DNA of 61,077 nucleotides from positions 1 through 61,077 of IMG/VR virus record IMGVR_UViG_3300030098_000471; one strand, 5' to 3'. Each line of letters opens with the position of its first letter. Position 1 is the first letter of the stretch. Shown here in pieces: positions 9,387-18,414 of this stretch. Made by a program: the position numbers and the translations under genes. Below the pieces are notes generated by a model that worked only from the letters and a program-made list of their open reading frames with translations, had not been told where the DNA came from and ran no database searches. Source of the stretch: a virus (lineage: Duplodnaviria; Caudoviricetes).

Positions 9387-10304
9387 TTAGCCAGCGGAAC
9401 CGAAGAACCCACGCCAATCAGAGACACCGAAGCTATAACGCTCACGGGCTTTGAAACGAAGGTTTCCAGTATCGAAGTCAGGCTCCATCTTGGTCTGAAG
9501 CGGAGAACGAATGAACATTTTTGTTCCATTCGGTGCATCAGTTTTAACAAACCACGCATCAGTATCAGTGAAGCGACGGTTGATGAAGTAGCCTTCAGGC
9601 ACCATACCCATATTACGAACAGCATTGATAGCATTCGTGTTAGGGTTGGCATCTGCTGCACTGGTTCCCGTATTACCGGGGCTGCTGAGTACCTTGTCAG
9701 CAACGGCCCAATAGTCAACAGGGATGTGCAAAGAAACAGCACTGGCACCAATCAGAATACCACGATCATCTTTGATCTTCTGAATAGACGTTAGTGCAGT
9801 TTCAAGAGTTGCTTCTGATAGGTCAGACGCAGCCAAAAGGTTGGACTGATTACCATCAGAAATAGTTGGGTGAGCCGCAGAGAAGAATGCAGCACCATCA
9901 CCAATAGTATCAGAGAAACCATTGTTGAAAATGTTTGCAGCTTTCACCTGTTTGGTATTTGCCATTGCTCGTGCAAGACCTTTCGCACGAAGTTTAGCAA
10001 ACGTATCATACAGATTATCTTCCATTGCTTCTTCAGTGACAGCAAAGGCAAGAGCTACAGTCTCAGCCGTATAACGGGCCGTGTAGCTTTCCTGTGCGTC
10101 ATCATAAGAAACTGCGGAACCCTCACCTTTAGTAGGTGCAGTACCGAAACCAGTGAAGAGTACTTCTTCTTCAAAGGCACGATCCGAGTTCTCGATTTCA
10201 AAGAGAGGCTCATGCTCATTGTTCACCTCTCCATACTCCATTCCAAATACGGCATTAAGACCGGGAAGGAGTTCTTTACTAATACTAGCTCTATTTATAG
10301 CCAT
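9387..10304 (-). CDS. Major capsid protein
   Basis: MAINRASISKELLPGLNAVFGMEY...DFDTGNLRFKARERYSFGVSDWRG, typical of marine phage MCPs; follows scaffold. Confidence 0.9.
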   Translation of the reverse strand: MAINRASISKELLPGLNAVFGMEYGEVNNEHEPLFEIENSDRAFEEEVLFTGFGTAPTKGEGSAVSYDDAQESYTARYTAETVALAFAVTEEAMEDNLYDTFAKLRAKGLARAMANTKQVKAANIFNNGFSDTIGDGAAFFSAAHPTISDGNQSNLLAASDLSEATLETALTSIQKIKDDRGILIGASAVSLHIPVDYWAVADKVLSSPGNTGTSAADANPNTNAINAVRNMGMVPEGYFINRRFTDTDAWFVKTDAPNGTKMFIRSPLQTKMEPDFDTGNLRFKARERYSFGVSDWRGFFGSAG

Positions 10305-10319
10305 AATAAATCCTCCCTA

Positions 10320-10934
10320 TTATGCCGAAGAAGCCGTAGCCGTTACGTATCGGTCACGGTGCATATTCAACCAGACTTCTACGATTGGATAAGCATCAGA
10401 ATCCTTTTCATCAGGATACTTGGCTTTACCAACGACTCGTACTTGTTTTTCGGATTCAGCACCACTTGCACCATCTACGTAATAACTGGATTGACCAGTA
10501 GTTGTATTACCAGATGAAGCAGTAGAACTGACGGTTACGTTATAGTTCTTGACAATCGCCAACTCTGCAGCCGACAATGACAAGGATGCTTGAATGTAAT
10601 AAGTCTGATCAGGATCAGTTATTACAAAAAATTTAATATCCGTGGCACTCGTTCCACCGTTCCAATAACGTGCGAACTTTTGCTCTCCATTTTCAACATA
10701 TTGACATCCCATGAAAACACCAGAAGGTTTAAGAGTACCTGCAACATATGGTGAAATAGTTGCAAAGTTAGCTCCCGGTAAAACCACAGGGTCGCCAGTA
10801 AAAATGTTGTTGGTGGGTGAACCTGCCATGCCAGTTGAAGTCAACGTGATCATGTCGGTTACAGCCTCATTATTATAGGCACCACCTTTTTTACGAGCAG
10901 GAATGAAACCACGAAATGCTTTAGTAGTAGACAT
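10320..10934 (-). CDS. Capsid decoration / minor capsid protein
   Basis: IFTGDPV, GVFMGCQY and DPDQTY motifs; immediately upstream of MCP. Confidence 0.65.
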   Translation of the reverse strand: MSTTKAFRGFIPARKKGGAYNNEAVTDMITLTSTGMAGSPTNNIFTGDPVVLPGANFATISPYVAGTLKPSGVFMGCQYVENGEQKFARYWNGGTSATDIKFFVITDPDQTYYIQASLSLSAAELAIVKNYNVTVSSTASSGNTTTGQSSYYVDGASGAESEKQVRVVGKAKYPDEKDSDAYPIVEVWLNMHRDRYVTATASSA

Positions 10935-10962
10935 TGTTTCATCTCCTTAATTAAGAAAAAGA

Positions 10963-11457
10963 CTAGTTCTGAAAAGAAGGTCGCCTTCCTCGTGTTGTTA
11001 CTGATTTACTTGTGTTGGAGATAGGCATACGAGAATCAGAGTTTTTCATGAGTTGTGCATTAACTGCATCCATCATGTCATTCGCTTTATTCTCATAGAA
11101 CTTTCTCCTAGCCTTTACCTTACCTGCTGGCATCTTTGCCAAAGCTAAGTCTCCACGACAGACTGTACCAAGGTATCGGCCCTCGTCCCTCACGAAGGAC
11201 GTAACAGCTAATTCAGGAACTTCATCAGGAGTTACAAAGACCCAACCTGCTTGTTGTTTCTTACCAACATTAGCAATGTCATCTTGACCTTTTAACGATA
11301 TACGTATCCAACGAAGGGCCATGCCTTCATTATCAAAACGTGCTTGTACCACATCTGGTATGGTGAGGGCATCGGGTTCCTCAAAGGTCCAATCTTCTTC
11401 TCTTGTATTCTGTTCTCTCAAACTGTCACTACGTGTTTCATTTCGTGTTGTATTCAT
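10963..11457 (-). CDS. Head-module protein
   Basis: RWIR...GWVFV...GDLALAKMP; between scaffold and capsid genes. Confidence 0.65.
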   Translation of the reverse strand: MNTTRNETRSDSLREQNTREEDWTFEEPDALTIPDVVQARFDNEGMALRWIRISLKGQDDIANVGKKQQAGWVFVTPDEVPELAVTSFVRDEGRYLGTVCRGDLALAKMPAGKVKARRKFYENKANDMMDAVNAQLMKNSDSRMPISNTSKSVTTRGRRPSFQN

Positions 11458-11474
11458 TTTGTTCTCCCACGCTA

Positions 11475-12401
11475 CTATTTATAAACATCTGTATACTCAC
11501 CATCAGCTTTTGCTACTTTAAGCTTTTGGGCCGCATACGTTTCAAGAGGTATATTCCATTTCTCAGCTAATCTCATATCTTCTTGCGTGAGCTTAACTTT
11601 GTTTTTAGAACTCGGAGAGGAGCGAGTACTCCCCGATACCACTTGAGCAGGACTTGACGTAGTTTCCTGCACACGTTCTTGAACTTCTCCAAACTTATGT
11701 GGAAAAGTATTTTTAATTCTGTTATCAATTTCTTGATAAAATTCATTATCACTTGGATTGTAGCCTTCATTTTTTAATTCTGCATCTATTGCTAATGCAG
11801 CAGCAGTCATAACATTATCTTTACCAAACCATTCATTAGATTCTGCCCATTCCTCTGCTTTTGGATCAGCCGCTGGTTGCGGTATTTGTTGTTGCTGTTG
11901 TACTGGTTGAGCGACAGGTTGTTGATTCTGACGTTCATAATTAGCTTTAGCATTGGTAACTTGTTTTAAATCATTCTGAGCTTCATTTAACATTTCTTGA
12001 GCATTGAGAAGTTTTTCTTTTTCTCCTTCATCAAATGCTTCTAAATAAACTGCTCTTGCCAATGCTATCTTATCTGTTAATTGTTTTTCAGAAATATCAA
12101 GAGTATGTTTACTTATATTTTTTACTTCATTTTCTCTAGTCTGAAGTTTTTGTGTTAGTTCTTCATTCTGCTGCATAATAGCAGCTAGTTGCTCTTCTTT
12201 TTCTTTTCTTTGTCTAACAAGCTGCCTAATTCTTTTTTGCGCTCCTGAAGTTTCTATCCCCTCTAACTCTTGAGGTTCTTCTTTATCTTCAACTTTAGGT
12301 TTTGTTTCTACTTCCTCTACAGCTTTTTCTTCAATTTCATATTCAACTTTATCTTGAGAAGGAATATTAACATCTCCCCAATCTTCATTATCTTTTGCCA
12401 T
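11475..12401 (-). CDS. Capsid scaffolding protein
   Basis: Acidic coiled coil, QKRIRQL, WAESNEWFG, C-terminal VKLTQED...IPLETYA. Confidence 0.75.
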   Translation of the reverse strand: MAKDNEDWGDVNIPSQDKVEYEIEEKAVEEVETKPKVEDKEEPQELEGIETSGAQKRIRQLVRQRKEKEEQLAAIMQQNEELTQKLQTRENEVKNISKHTLDISEKQLTDKIALARAVYLEAFDEGEKEKLLNAQEMLNEAQNDLKQVTNAKANYERQNQQPVAQPVQQQQQIPQPAADPKAEEWAESNEWFGKDNVMTAAALAIDAELKNEGYNPSDNEFYQEIDNRIKNTFPHKFGEVQERVQETTSSPAQVVSGSTRSSPSSKNKVKLTQEDMRLAEKWNIPLETYAAQKLKVAKADGEYTDVYK

Positions 12402-12457
12402 TATATTCTCCGTTGTTTACGAGACAAACGCTTTACGTATAAATTAATTACTATACT

Positions 12458-12486
12458 ATTATACCACACTTTTTGCTTCAATGCAA
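12458..12486 (-). promoter_or_regulatory. sigma70-type late promoter
   Basis: TTGCAT-17 nt-TATAAT with TG extension; nearly identical to 18385..18413. Confidence 0.8.
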
Positions 12487-12493
12487 GTTATGT

Positions 12494-12910
12494 TTATCCT
12501 TTTCCTAAATTAAATGTTGGATCAAGGTCTTTTGGATCATCTATTCGCATAATTATTTGATCATCAAAAAGTAATATTAGTCTAACACCTTGATAAAAAA
12601 GTTTTGTACCAGCATGTTTTCCATAACATACATAGTCTCCTACACTACACCAAGAACCGTTAGGAAATTTATCTACATCTTTGTAGGCTAACTCACCTAA
12701 TCCTATTACTTCACCTACTGTTGTGAGATAACTAATATCATCCTTGGTAGAATCTGGTATAAATATACCTCCTTTTGTTTTACTCTTTACCGATACTGGT
12801 TTTATTAACACATGAAAGCCCGGTAATACTGGTAAACTTTCAATATCTTTTTCTTCTGCATCAATCCACTCATCGTTTTTTAACGCATTACCCATTTGTA
12901 CTTGTCTCAT
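12494..12910 (-). CDS. groES: Co-chaperonin GroES-like protein
   Basis: VLIKP...KTKGGIFIPD...GEVIGLG...VGDYVCYGKHAG...LLFDDQI. Confidence 0.85.
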   Translation of the reverse strand: MRQVQMGNALKNDEWIDAEEKDIESLPVLPGFHVLIKPVSVKSKTKGGIFIPDSTKDDISYLTTVGEVIGLGELAYKDVDKFPNGSWCSVGDYVCYGKHAGTKLFYQGVRLILLFDDQIIMRIDDPKDLDPTFNLGKG

Positions 12911-13099
12911 CTAATCCTCGTTATACATCCTTTTCTTTACAATTTCAGTTAAATTAGTTCTTGCCCAATCTAAACCTTGTATAGAACCTACAAGTTGTCT
13001 ATAATGGGCAAAGTCTTCTGCAGCACCATCACCCAATGATGCTTTTAATCTTTCAATTTCATTATTAAACTCTTGAATAATCTCATCCCAAATTTCCAT
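12911..13099 (-). CDS. Small helical protein
   Basis: LGDGAAEDFAHYRQLVGSIQGL; directly upstream of the GroES-like gene. Confidence 0.65.
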   Translation of the reverse strand: MEIWDEIIQEFNNEIERLKASLGDGAAEDFAHYRQLVGSIQGLDWARTNLTEIVKKRMYNED

Positions 13100-13110
13100 T
13101 GAAATTATAA

Positions 13111-13284
13111 CTACTCTTTTCTAGTGCTTTTCTTTGGATTAGGCATCTCATAAGATTCCTTATCCCATTCATTTAAGGCACTACGCATACTACGTCCACC
13201 CCAAACATCTTGTTTAAATGGATCACCAAAACCTTTGGAAGTATTCTTTACATGCTCTGGATAACCCTTACCCTTCTTCATCAT
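13111..13284 (-). CDS. 57-aa hypothetical protein (not in ORF track)
   Basis: Translated by hand: MMKKGKGYPEHVKNTSKGFGDPF...; AAGGAG RBS; ATGA overlap with portal stop. Confidence 0.55.
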   Translation of the reverse strand: MMKKGKGYPEHVKNTSKGFGDPFKQDVWGGRSMRSALNEWDKESYEMPNPKKSTRKE

Positions 13285-15758
13285 GAGTCTTCTCCTTTTT
13301 TCATTTCTTCAATTGCAATACGTGACAATGTATTAAGTTTAGTATTCTCTATATCTTTATCATCTTTTAATTCTTCAACTTTAAGTTTACCAAGATTATT
13401 AAGTGCTGTAATTTCTTTCTTGGATTCTCTATCTGCTTCAGCCTTCTCACGCTTAAAGTTATCAGAAGCACCAGACTCAATCATATCAAGTATCTGTTCA
13501 TTCTCTTTAAGTTCAAGCTCTTTTGTTTTAAGTTCAAGTTCAGCAGCATTAACAACCGTATCAGATTGTAGTTTCTGTTGTTGTAGTTTAACCTTCTCTT
13601 GTTCAAGCATAACAAGCTGCTCTTCTGGTGTAGGTGGTGGTGGCTGTTGATTGGCTTGCATAACTTTCTGTGCAGCCTGTGCCATAGCCATTTCAACAAT
13701 AGCAGGTTGATCTTGTTGATCCTGTGGAACTTGTTGTAATTCTTGAGATGTAACACCATTCATTTGTTCCTGATACTTCATTACAGAATGTTCTTGTACA
13801 TTAGATTCAAGAACAGGTTTAATTCTAGCCATAATAGGATTAGCACCATTAGCAGGATCTTGAAGATAAGCCATCTTTACCTGTATATGGGCATCATGAT
13901 TCTGTGCAGGAAAAGCTGCAATAGGTAAACCTTTGGTTACTGCCATGATATCAGATACAGGATCAAGCGGTTGTGGCTCAATCTTGGGTGGCAATATCTG
14001 TTCTAGGTTAGGCATATTGGCTGCATTGAGAATAGTTCTATTGAGTTCCTCAATGTTAAACATTCCCGGTGGGGATTGCTGTGCCATTTGCAGAGCCATA
14101 TTTGCCAACATCATACGATGAGCATTAGAAGGAATGTTAGGATCAGAGACAGGTATAATATCTACTCGTCCATCAAAGTCAGCTTTAAATATACTACGAT
14201 CTTCAAATGGTACTTCATATGGATATTCATCTGGTAGATAATCATAATCTATCTGTGCCAGTATTCTAAATTCATCTTTCTGTGACTTGTGTAATCTTTT
14301 ATGAACTGCAGAGAAGAACTTACTAGAAGCTTCCAGCAATGCCATTGTTGTACCCACGGGTCCATAGGAGGCAGCATCAGAGATAACTTGCTCAGTACTA
14401 TCCGCAAACTTCTGACCAGCAGCAGTTACGAACCCAAGCATCTGGAAGAGCGTTGAGGAAGGCTCTTTATAGGGCAGGGGAACTATAGCCCTAGATAAAT
14501 CAATACCAGTTGCTTCGACCTCCTTGAACTCGCCGGGGGCGATAGGATCATTGTCGCCAACCATCCGCACTCCTTTGGCCTTAAATCCTCCCGGTAAATT
14601 AGCAAACTGTCCTGCATCAATTAAGGAGCGCATCGCAGCAGTTGCCGACATGGTGAGATTACCAAGGAAATGGATCAGGCCCAATCCATAGAATCCAAAG
14701 CCCGGTACAAACCTGTAATGAACGAAATGACTTCGCTTTTCTTTGTTTGGATCGTCCTGCTTGTAGTTTCTACGAATACTTAAAACTTCTCTTGACTGTT
14801 CTTCTACAGTCACAATGTAAGGGCATGGCACACCTTCTTCTTCAATATCAAGATAACAATGCTGTTCCAGTATAACATATTGTGGATCAGAATCATATGA
14901 AGGTGTAATTCCCAGAATATTATCAATCTTACTTGCAAATCCACTTACTGAAAGCTGTGATGGTGCTGGAAGATCAATATCTTTATAGACACCAGCCATC
15001 ATATCCAGTTTCATATCTACTGGACTTTTATGTATTACATGTGTATAACGATCTGCATTTCTAAGATCACTTGCGTAGTAAGACACATAGAACTGGTCTA
15101 TTGGTATAAATTCTGATACAGGTCGCTTTAGTGTTGAACTATAATAAATCTTTTTAAATGCTGAACCTATAAGTGGAAGATGAAAAAGCATTCTTTCAAA
15201 TTCATCAAAATACTCTGGCATCTGCTCAGTAAGCTGAAAGTTCATAAAGTTCTGAACTCTATTGGACTGCATTTCTTTTTCTGGTGTAGCTGCACCAAGT
15301 ATCTGAGCCTTGACAGGACCAGAAGAAGGAAATAATTCTTGCGTAGCTTTTGATTGAAACTTAACAGCCGACTCAATTAGAAGAGGATGTACAGCAGTAC
15401 ACGCACCTTGAAATGGTTCTGAGCCTTCTTCCAGTTTTAGACCAAGCAGATCAAAACCTCTCTCAAACATAGACTCCCATTCAGCCCTGCTATCTTTATC
15501 TGCATTATAATTTTCTATAACATCAGAAGATATTTCTTGAAGAATTTCTTCATCTATATTTTCACTTAGATCACCATACCACTCACTAATTTCTTGTGAA
15601 GGTTCCATCATAGCTTCTTCTGAAGAGAAGTCTACAATAACACCACCATCAGTAGGATCAATCTCAATAGATACATTGGACTGTTCTTCAGGAACCATTG
15701 CAATAACATTGGTTTCTGTTTCAGGAATCATATCAAAAGGATTACGTTCTGTTGCCAT
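13281..15758 (-). CDS. Portal protein
   Basis: 825 aa; PFQGACTAVHPLLIES, LPLIGSAFKK, PGFGFYGLGLIH, LPYKEPS motifs; C-terminal coiled coil. Confidence 0.9.
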   Translation of the reverse strand: MATERNPFDMIPETETNVIAMVPEEQSNVSIEIDPTDGGVIVDFSSEEAMMEPSQEISEWYGDLSENIDEEILQEISSDVIENYNADKDSRAEWESMFERGFDLLGLKLEEGSEPFQGACTAVHPLLIESAVKFQSKATQELFPSSGPVKAQILGAATPEKEMQSNRVQNFMNFQLTEQMPEYFDEFERMLFHLPLIGSAFKKIYYSSTLKRPVSEFIPIDQFYVSYYASDLRNADRYTHVIHKSPVDMKLDMMAGVYKDIDLPAPSQLSVSGFASKIDNILGITPSYDSDPQYVILEQHCYLDIEEEGVPCPYIVTVEEQSREVLSIRRNYKQDDPNKEKRSHFVHYRFVPGFGFYGLGLIHFLGNLTMSATAAMRSLIDAGQFANLPGGFKAKGVRMVGDNDPIAPGEFKEVEATGIDLSRAIVPLPYKEPSSTLFQMLGFVTAAGQKFADSTEQVISDAASYGPVGTTMALLEASSKFFSAVHKRLHKSQKDEFRILAQIDYDYLPDEYPYEVPFEDRSIFKADFDGRVDIIPVSDPNIPSNAHRMMLANMALQMAQQSPPGMFNIEELNRTILNAANMPNLEQILPPKIEPQPLDPVSDIMAVTKGLPIAAFPAQNHDAHIQVKMAYLQDPANGANPIMARIKPVLESNVQEHSVMKYQEQMNGVTSQELQQVPQDQQDQPAIVEMAMAQAAQKVMQANQQPPPPTPEEQLVMLEQEKVKLQQQKLQSDTVVNAAELELKTKELELKENEQILDMIESGASDNFKREKAEADRESKKEITALNNLGKLKVEELKDDKDIENTKLNTLSRIAIEEMKKGEDS

Positions 15759-15761
15759 TAT

Positions 15762-17666
15762 TTAATTCCTATAAAGTACATTGCGTATTCCACCACCACC
15801 TTTTGCAAAGGCTTGATCAATTTCTTCTTCATCGTAGTAAGACCAGTTATCATCGTCTTCTTCTTCTTCTTCTATAATAGGCTCTGGTTCTGGTTCTGGT
15901 TCTGGAGGAGGTGGGGGAAGTTCATTTCTTACTCCACCAAGCATACCAATAATACCTTCATAAGTTGCTGGATTTCTATCTAATCCATAAATTGAAGCTA
16001 GTTGTGCTACATTATAGGGACTAACATTACTGGCACCACCATAATAATCTTCATTAAAAGTATTAATTGCACTGGATGCACCTCCAATATCAACAGGTAA
16101 ATAGCTTCCCATTGTTTCACGGGCTAAGTTTTTTCTATATTCTGCTAATTCAAAGGGATCTGAAGAAGTAGGAGGAGCAGTCATAGAAGGTCTATTCATT
16201 GGAAAATCAGGAACAGTATACTTGCTAGGTTGTCCTAGTTTTTCAAGATATAGTTCCATTGCTGATTTTTCTTTTGCCTGACCACCTTCATTTCTATAAA
16301 CCATACCACCTGCTGATCTATATTTTAACATATCTTCAACAGCAGCAAGATTTGCTTGACGGCGTTTTTCTTCTTCAATTTCTGCTCTGACTTTTTCTAA
16401 AGTATTCCTTCTGCGGTCAGCTTCAGTTTGCCTCGGCCCACCCAAAGGTGAATTAATTCCTCTAACTTCTCTTGCAGAAAGTGATGGTAAATCTAATACA
16501 TTAACTATATCTTGTATTCTTTGATCTTCAATAGCGGCTCTATTCCTTGCATCTCTTTTATCAGCCTCTGTCTGTATTGCTGTAAACGCAGTATTTGCTC
16601 TAACACTATTCATATCAGCTAGTGCATCTCTATATGCTTGAGCATCACGATCAACCAAACCTAAAACATCTGTAGCATATTGATTTGCTGTTGCTACTGC
16701 ATTTCTATCAGCTTTTTCTTTACTAAGTTGTGCTTGAACTGCTTGTGGTGATACATAACCTTCTGATCCTTTTTCTCCTTTAAGACCATCTCTAAACTCA
16801 CCAATACCTGCAAGACCTGAAAGATCTTTATCAGAACCAGCTAATCTAGAAAGTGTTTGACTAGTTGAAGGAGTTCTTGAGAATGCACTAACTAAACTAT
16901 CTTTTGCTTTACCAAAAAGACCACTAATACCACCTAGTTCATCTATAGTTTTACCAAGTTGTATTGTTGGACTAAATTCCATAGCAGCTTTACCTAGTTG
17001 TCCACCAAGCGCACTAAACATATCAGGACCAGTATAAGTATAGTTACCAAATTTATCCACAGCTACTTGTGCATCAAGGTCTTTAGCTGCAAGTTCTTTA
17101 TTTAGTGCCACAGCATCTCTTTGATTTGATATATCAATAGAACGATCAAGCTTATCAAAATATCCTAAGTCTTGTCTTTCATTATATCCAATTAAACCTA
17201 AATCTTCTAATTTATCTATTTCTTCCATAGATAAACCTATACCACCATCAATATCACCAATAGCTTGTCCAGATAAATCTGCAGAAGCCATATCTGCAGC
17301 AGCTTGTCCAGCACTTGCTTGAGCTTCAGGATTTGCTCCTGCTGCCGCCGCTGCCGCTGCTGCTGCATCTGCTGCTGCCATTGCCTCTGCTGCTTGATCA
17401 GCAGTTAAACCAGTATCTTCACCATAACCTTGTGGATCACCTTGTATCCCTTGACCCATAGATGGACCTGCTTTTTCTCCTGTAATTTGACCAAGTTCTG
17501 CATCATCCCTATCTCTAGCAGTTTGGGTATTATTACCACCACCTTCACCATCTTCACCATCACCACCAAAGCAGCAATGCTGAAGTTCATATTCATTGAA
17601 GTAGTTTAACCACGGCTGTTTAGCAGGGCCATCATTCCACATTTGTTTTTTAAATTCTTTCAACAT
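15762..17666 (-). CDS. Putative internal/ejected virion protein; candidate acyltransferase substrate
   Basis: 634 aa; N-terminal segment ending QHCCFGG, Ala/Gly-rich, YRxxGG motifs; overlaps the HlyC-like gene. Confidence 0.65.
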   Translation of the reverse strand: MLKEFKKQMWNDGPAKQPWLNYFNEYELQHCCFGGDGEDGEGGGNNTQTARDRDDAELGQITGEKAGPSMGQGIQGDPQGYGEDTGLTADQAAEAMAAADAAAAAAAAAGANPEAQASAGQAAADMASADLSGQAIGDIDGGIGLSMEEIDKLEDLGLIGYNERQDLGYFDKLDRSIDISNQRDAVALNKELAAKDLDAQVAVDKFGNYTYTGPDMFSALGGQLGKAAMEFSPTIQLGKTIDELGGISGLFGKAKDSLVSAFSRTPSTSQTLSRLAGSDKDLSGLAGIGEFRDGLKGEKGSEGYVSPQAVQAQLSKEKADRNAVATANQYATDVLGLVDRDAQAYRDALADMNSVRANTAFTAIQTEADKRDARNRAAIEDQRIQDIVNVLDLPSLSAREVRGINSPLGGPRQTEADRRRNTLEKVRAEIEEEKRRQANLAAVEDMLKYRSAGGMVYRNEGGQAKEKSAMELYLEKLGQPSKYTVPDFPMNRPSMTAPPTSSDPFELAEYRKNLARETMGSYLPVDIGGASSAINTFNEDYYGGASNVSPYNVAQLASIYGLDRNPATYEGIIGMLGGVRNELPPPPPEPEPEPEPIIEEEEEDDDNWSYYDEEEIDQAFAKGGGGIRNVLYRN

Positions 17667-18102
17667 TGTTCACCCTATTGCTCCCCAACCGTTTAAAATT
17701 AACTTTATTTGGTAATCCTAATTCTTTTCTTAGGTTATCCAATCTCTTAATTGCAATACGTGTACCACCAAAAGGACATATCACATCTATCAACCAAAGG
17801 TTATCTCCACTATTCCAATCGTGTGGTTGAATCTTTCTTGTTTTATTTTTATAACCTTCTTCAGCTTCTTCTGGTAACATTGCCCAACTTGCATAACAGA
17901 GTGGAACTTCTTCATCTACATATATTCTGTATTGGTTTAACTTTAGTGGTGGTATAACCAATCGCTGTATATCTTTTATAGTCCAGTTCTCATGTTTGTT
18001 AGACAATGATAATATAAATAATACCTTTTCTAAATCACTTTGATAATCGTGTTGCAATAATCTCTTCTGCCTTTGGTAGTAATCTAATACCACAATATCC
18101 AA
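17650..18102 (-). CDS. hlyC: RTX toxin-activating lysine acyltransferase (HlyC/RtxC/CyaC family)
   Basis: SNKHENW (SxxH), P..LNQY, YASWAML, DWNSGDNLWLIDVICPFG match the HlyC signature; true start may be TTG near 18057. Confidence 0.85.
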   Translation of the reverse strand: MDIVVLDYYQRQKRLLQHDYQSDLEKVLFILSLSNKHENWTIKDIQRLVIPPLKLNQYRIYVDEEVPLCYASWAMLPEEAEEGYKNKTRKIQPHDWNSGDNLWLIDVICPFGGTRIAIKRLDNLRKELGLPNKVNFKRLGSNRVNNVERI

Positions 18103-18328
18103 TCATGAATGCTATGGCTGGACCCCAAGTCATATCCAAGGCCCAATGTTTCATTATGGGTGGTATAAACCATTCTGCAGCTATCCACCCTACAATAACT
18201 GCTAGACCAACATCTTTAATAGCAGTCCAGTTAAAGTTTTTCTTTGTTAATACATTTGTTAAACCACCCACACCGCTTGATAAAATACAACAAGTCTTTG
18301 CGCCTAGCGTTTGAATCAACCACTCCAT
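18035..18328 (-). CDS. Holin-like membrane protein
   Basis: About 97 aa with 2-3 hydrophobic segments, AFMIGYCG; AGGAG RBS before ATG 18328. Confidence 0.6.
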   Translation of the reverse strand: MEWLIQTLGAKTCCILSSGVGGLTNVLTKKNFNWTAIKDVGLAVIVGWIAAEWFIPPIMKHWALDMTWGPAIAFMIGYCGIRLLPKAEEIIATRLSK

Positions 18329-18384
18329 GACTGCTCTCCTTTTAAACTGTAACCATATACTATCCAATATTTTTATTATACACT

Positions 18385-18413
18385 ATTATACCACACTTTT
18401 CGCTTCAATGCAA
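18385..18413 (-). promoter_or_regulatory. sigma70-type late promoter
   Basis: TTGCAT-17 nt-TATAAT; upstream of the holin-like, hlyC, 634-aa and portal genes. Confidence 0.8.
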
Positions 18414-18414
18414 G

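Noticed and set aside
9335-10517. Alternative-frame and antisense ORFs (9335..9751, 9870..10517; likewise 1915..2262, 13210..13650, 42265..42747)
   Set aside because: They overlap well-supported genes and show no recognisable motifs; treated as shadow ORFs
15762-17666. A true RTX toxin next to the HlyC-like gene
   Set aside because: Only one GGxGxD-like motif, no tandem nonapeptide repeats and no T1SS genes
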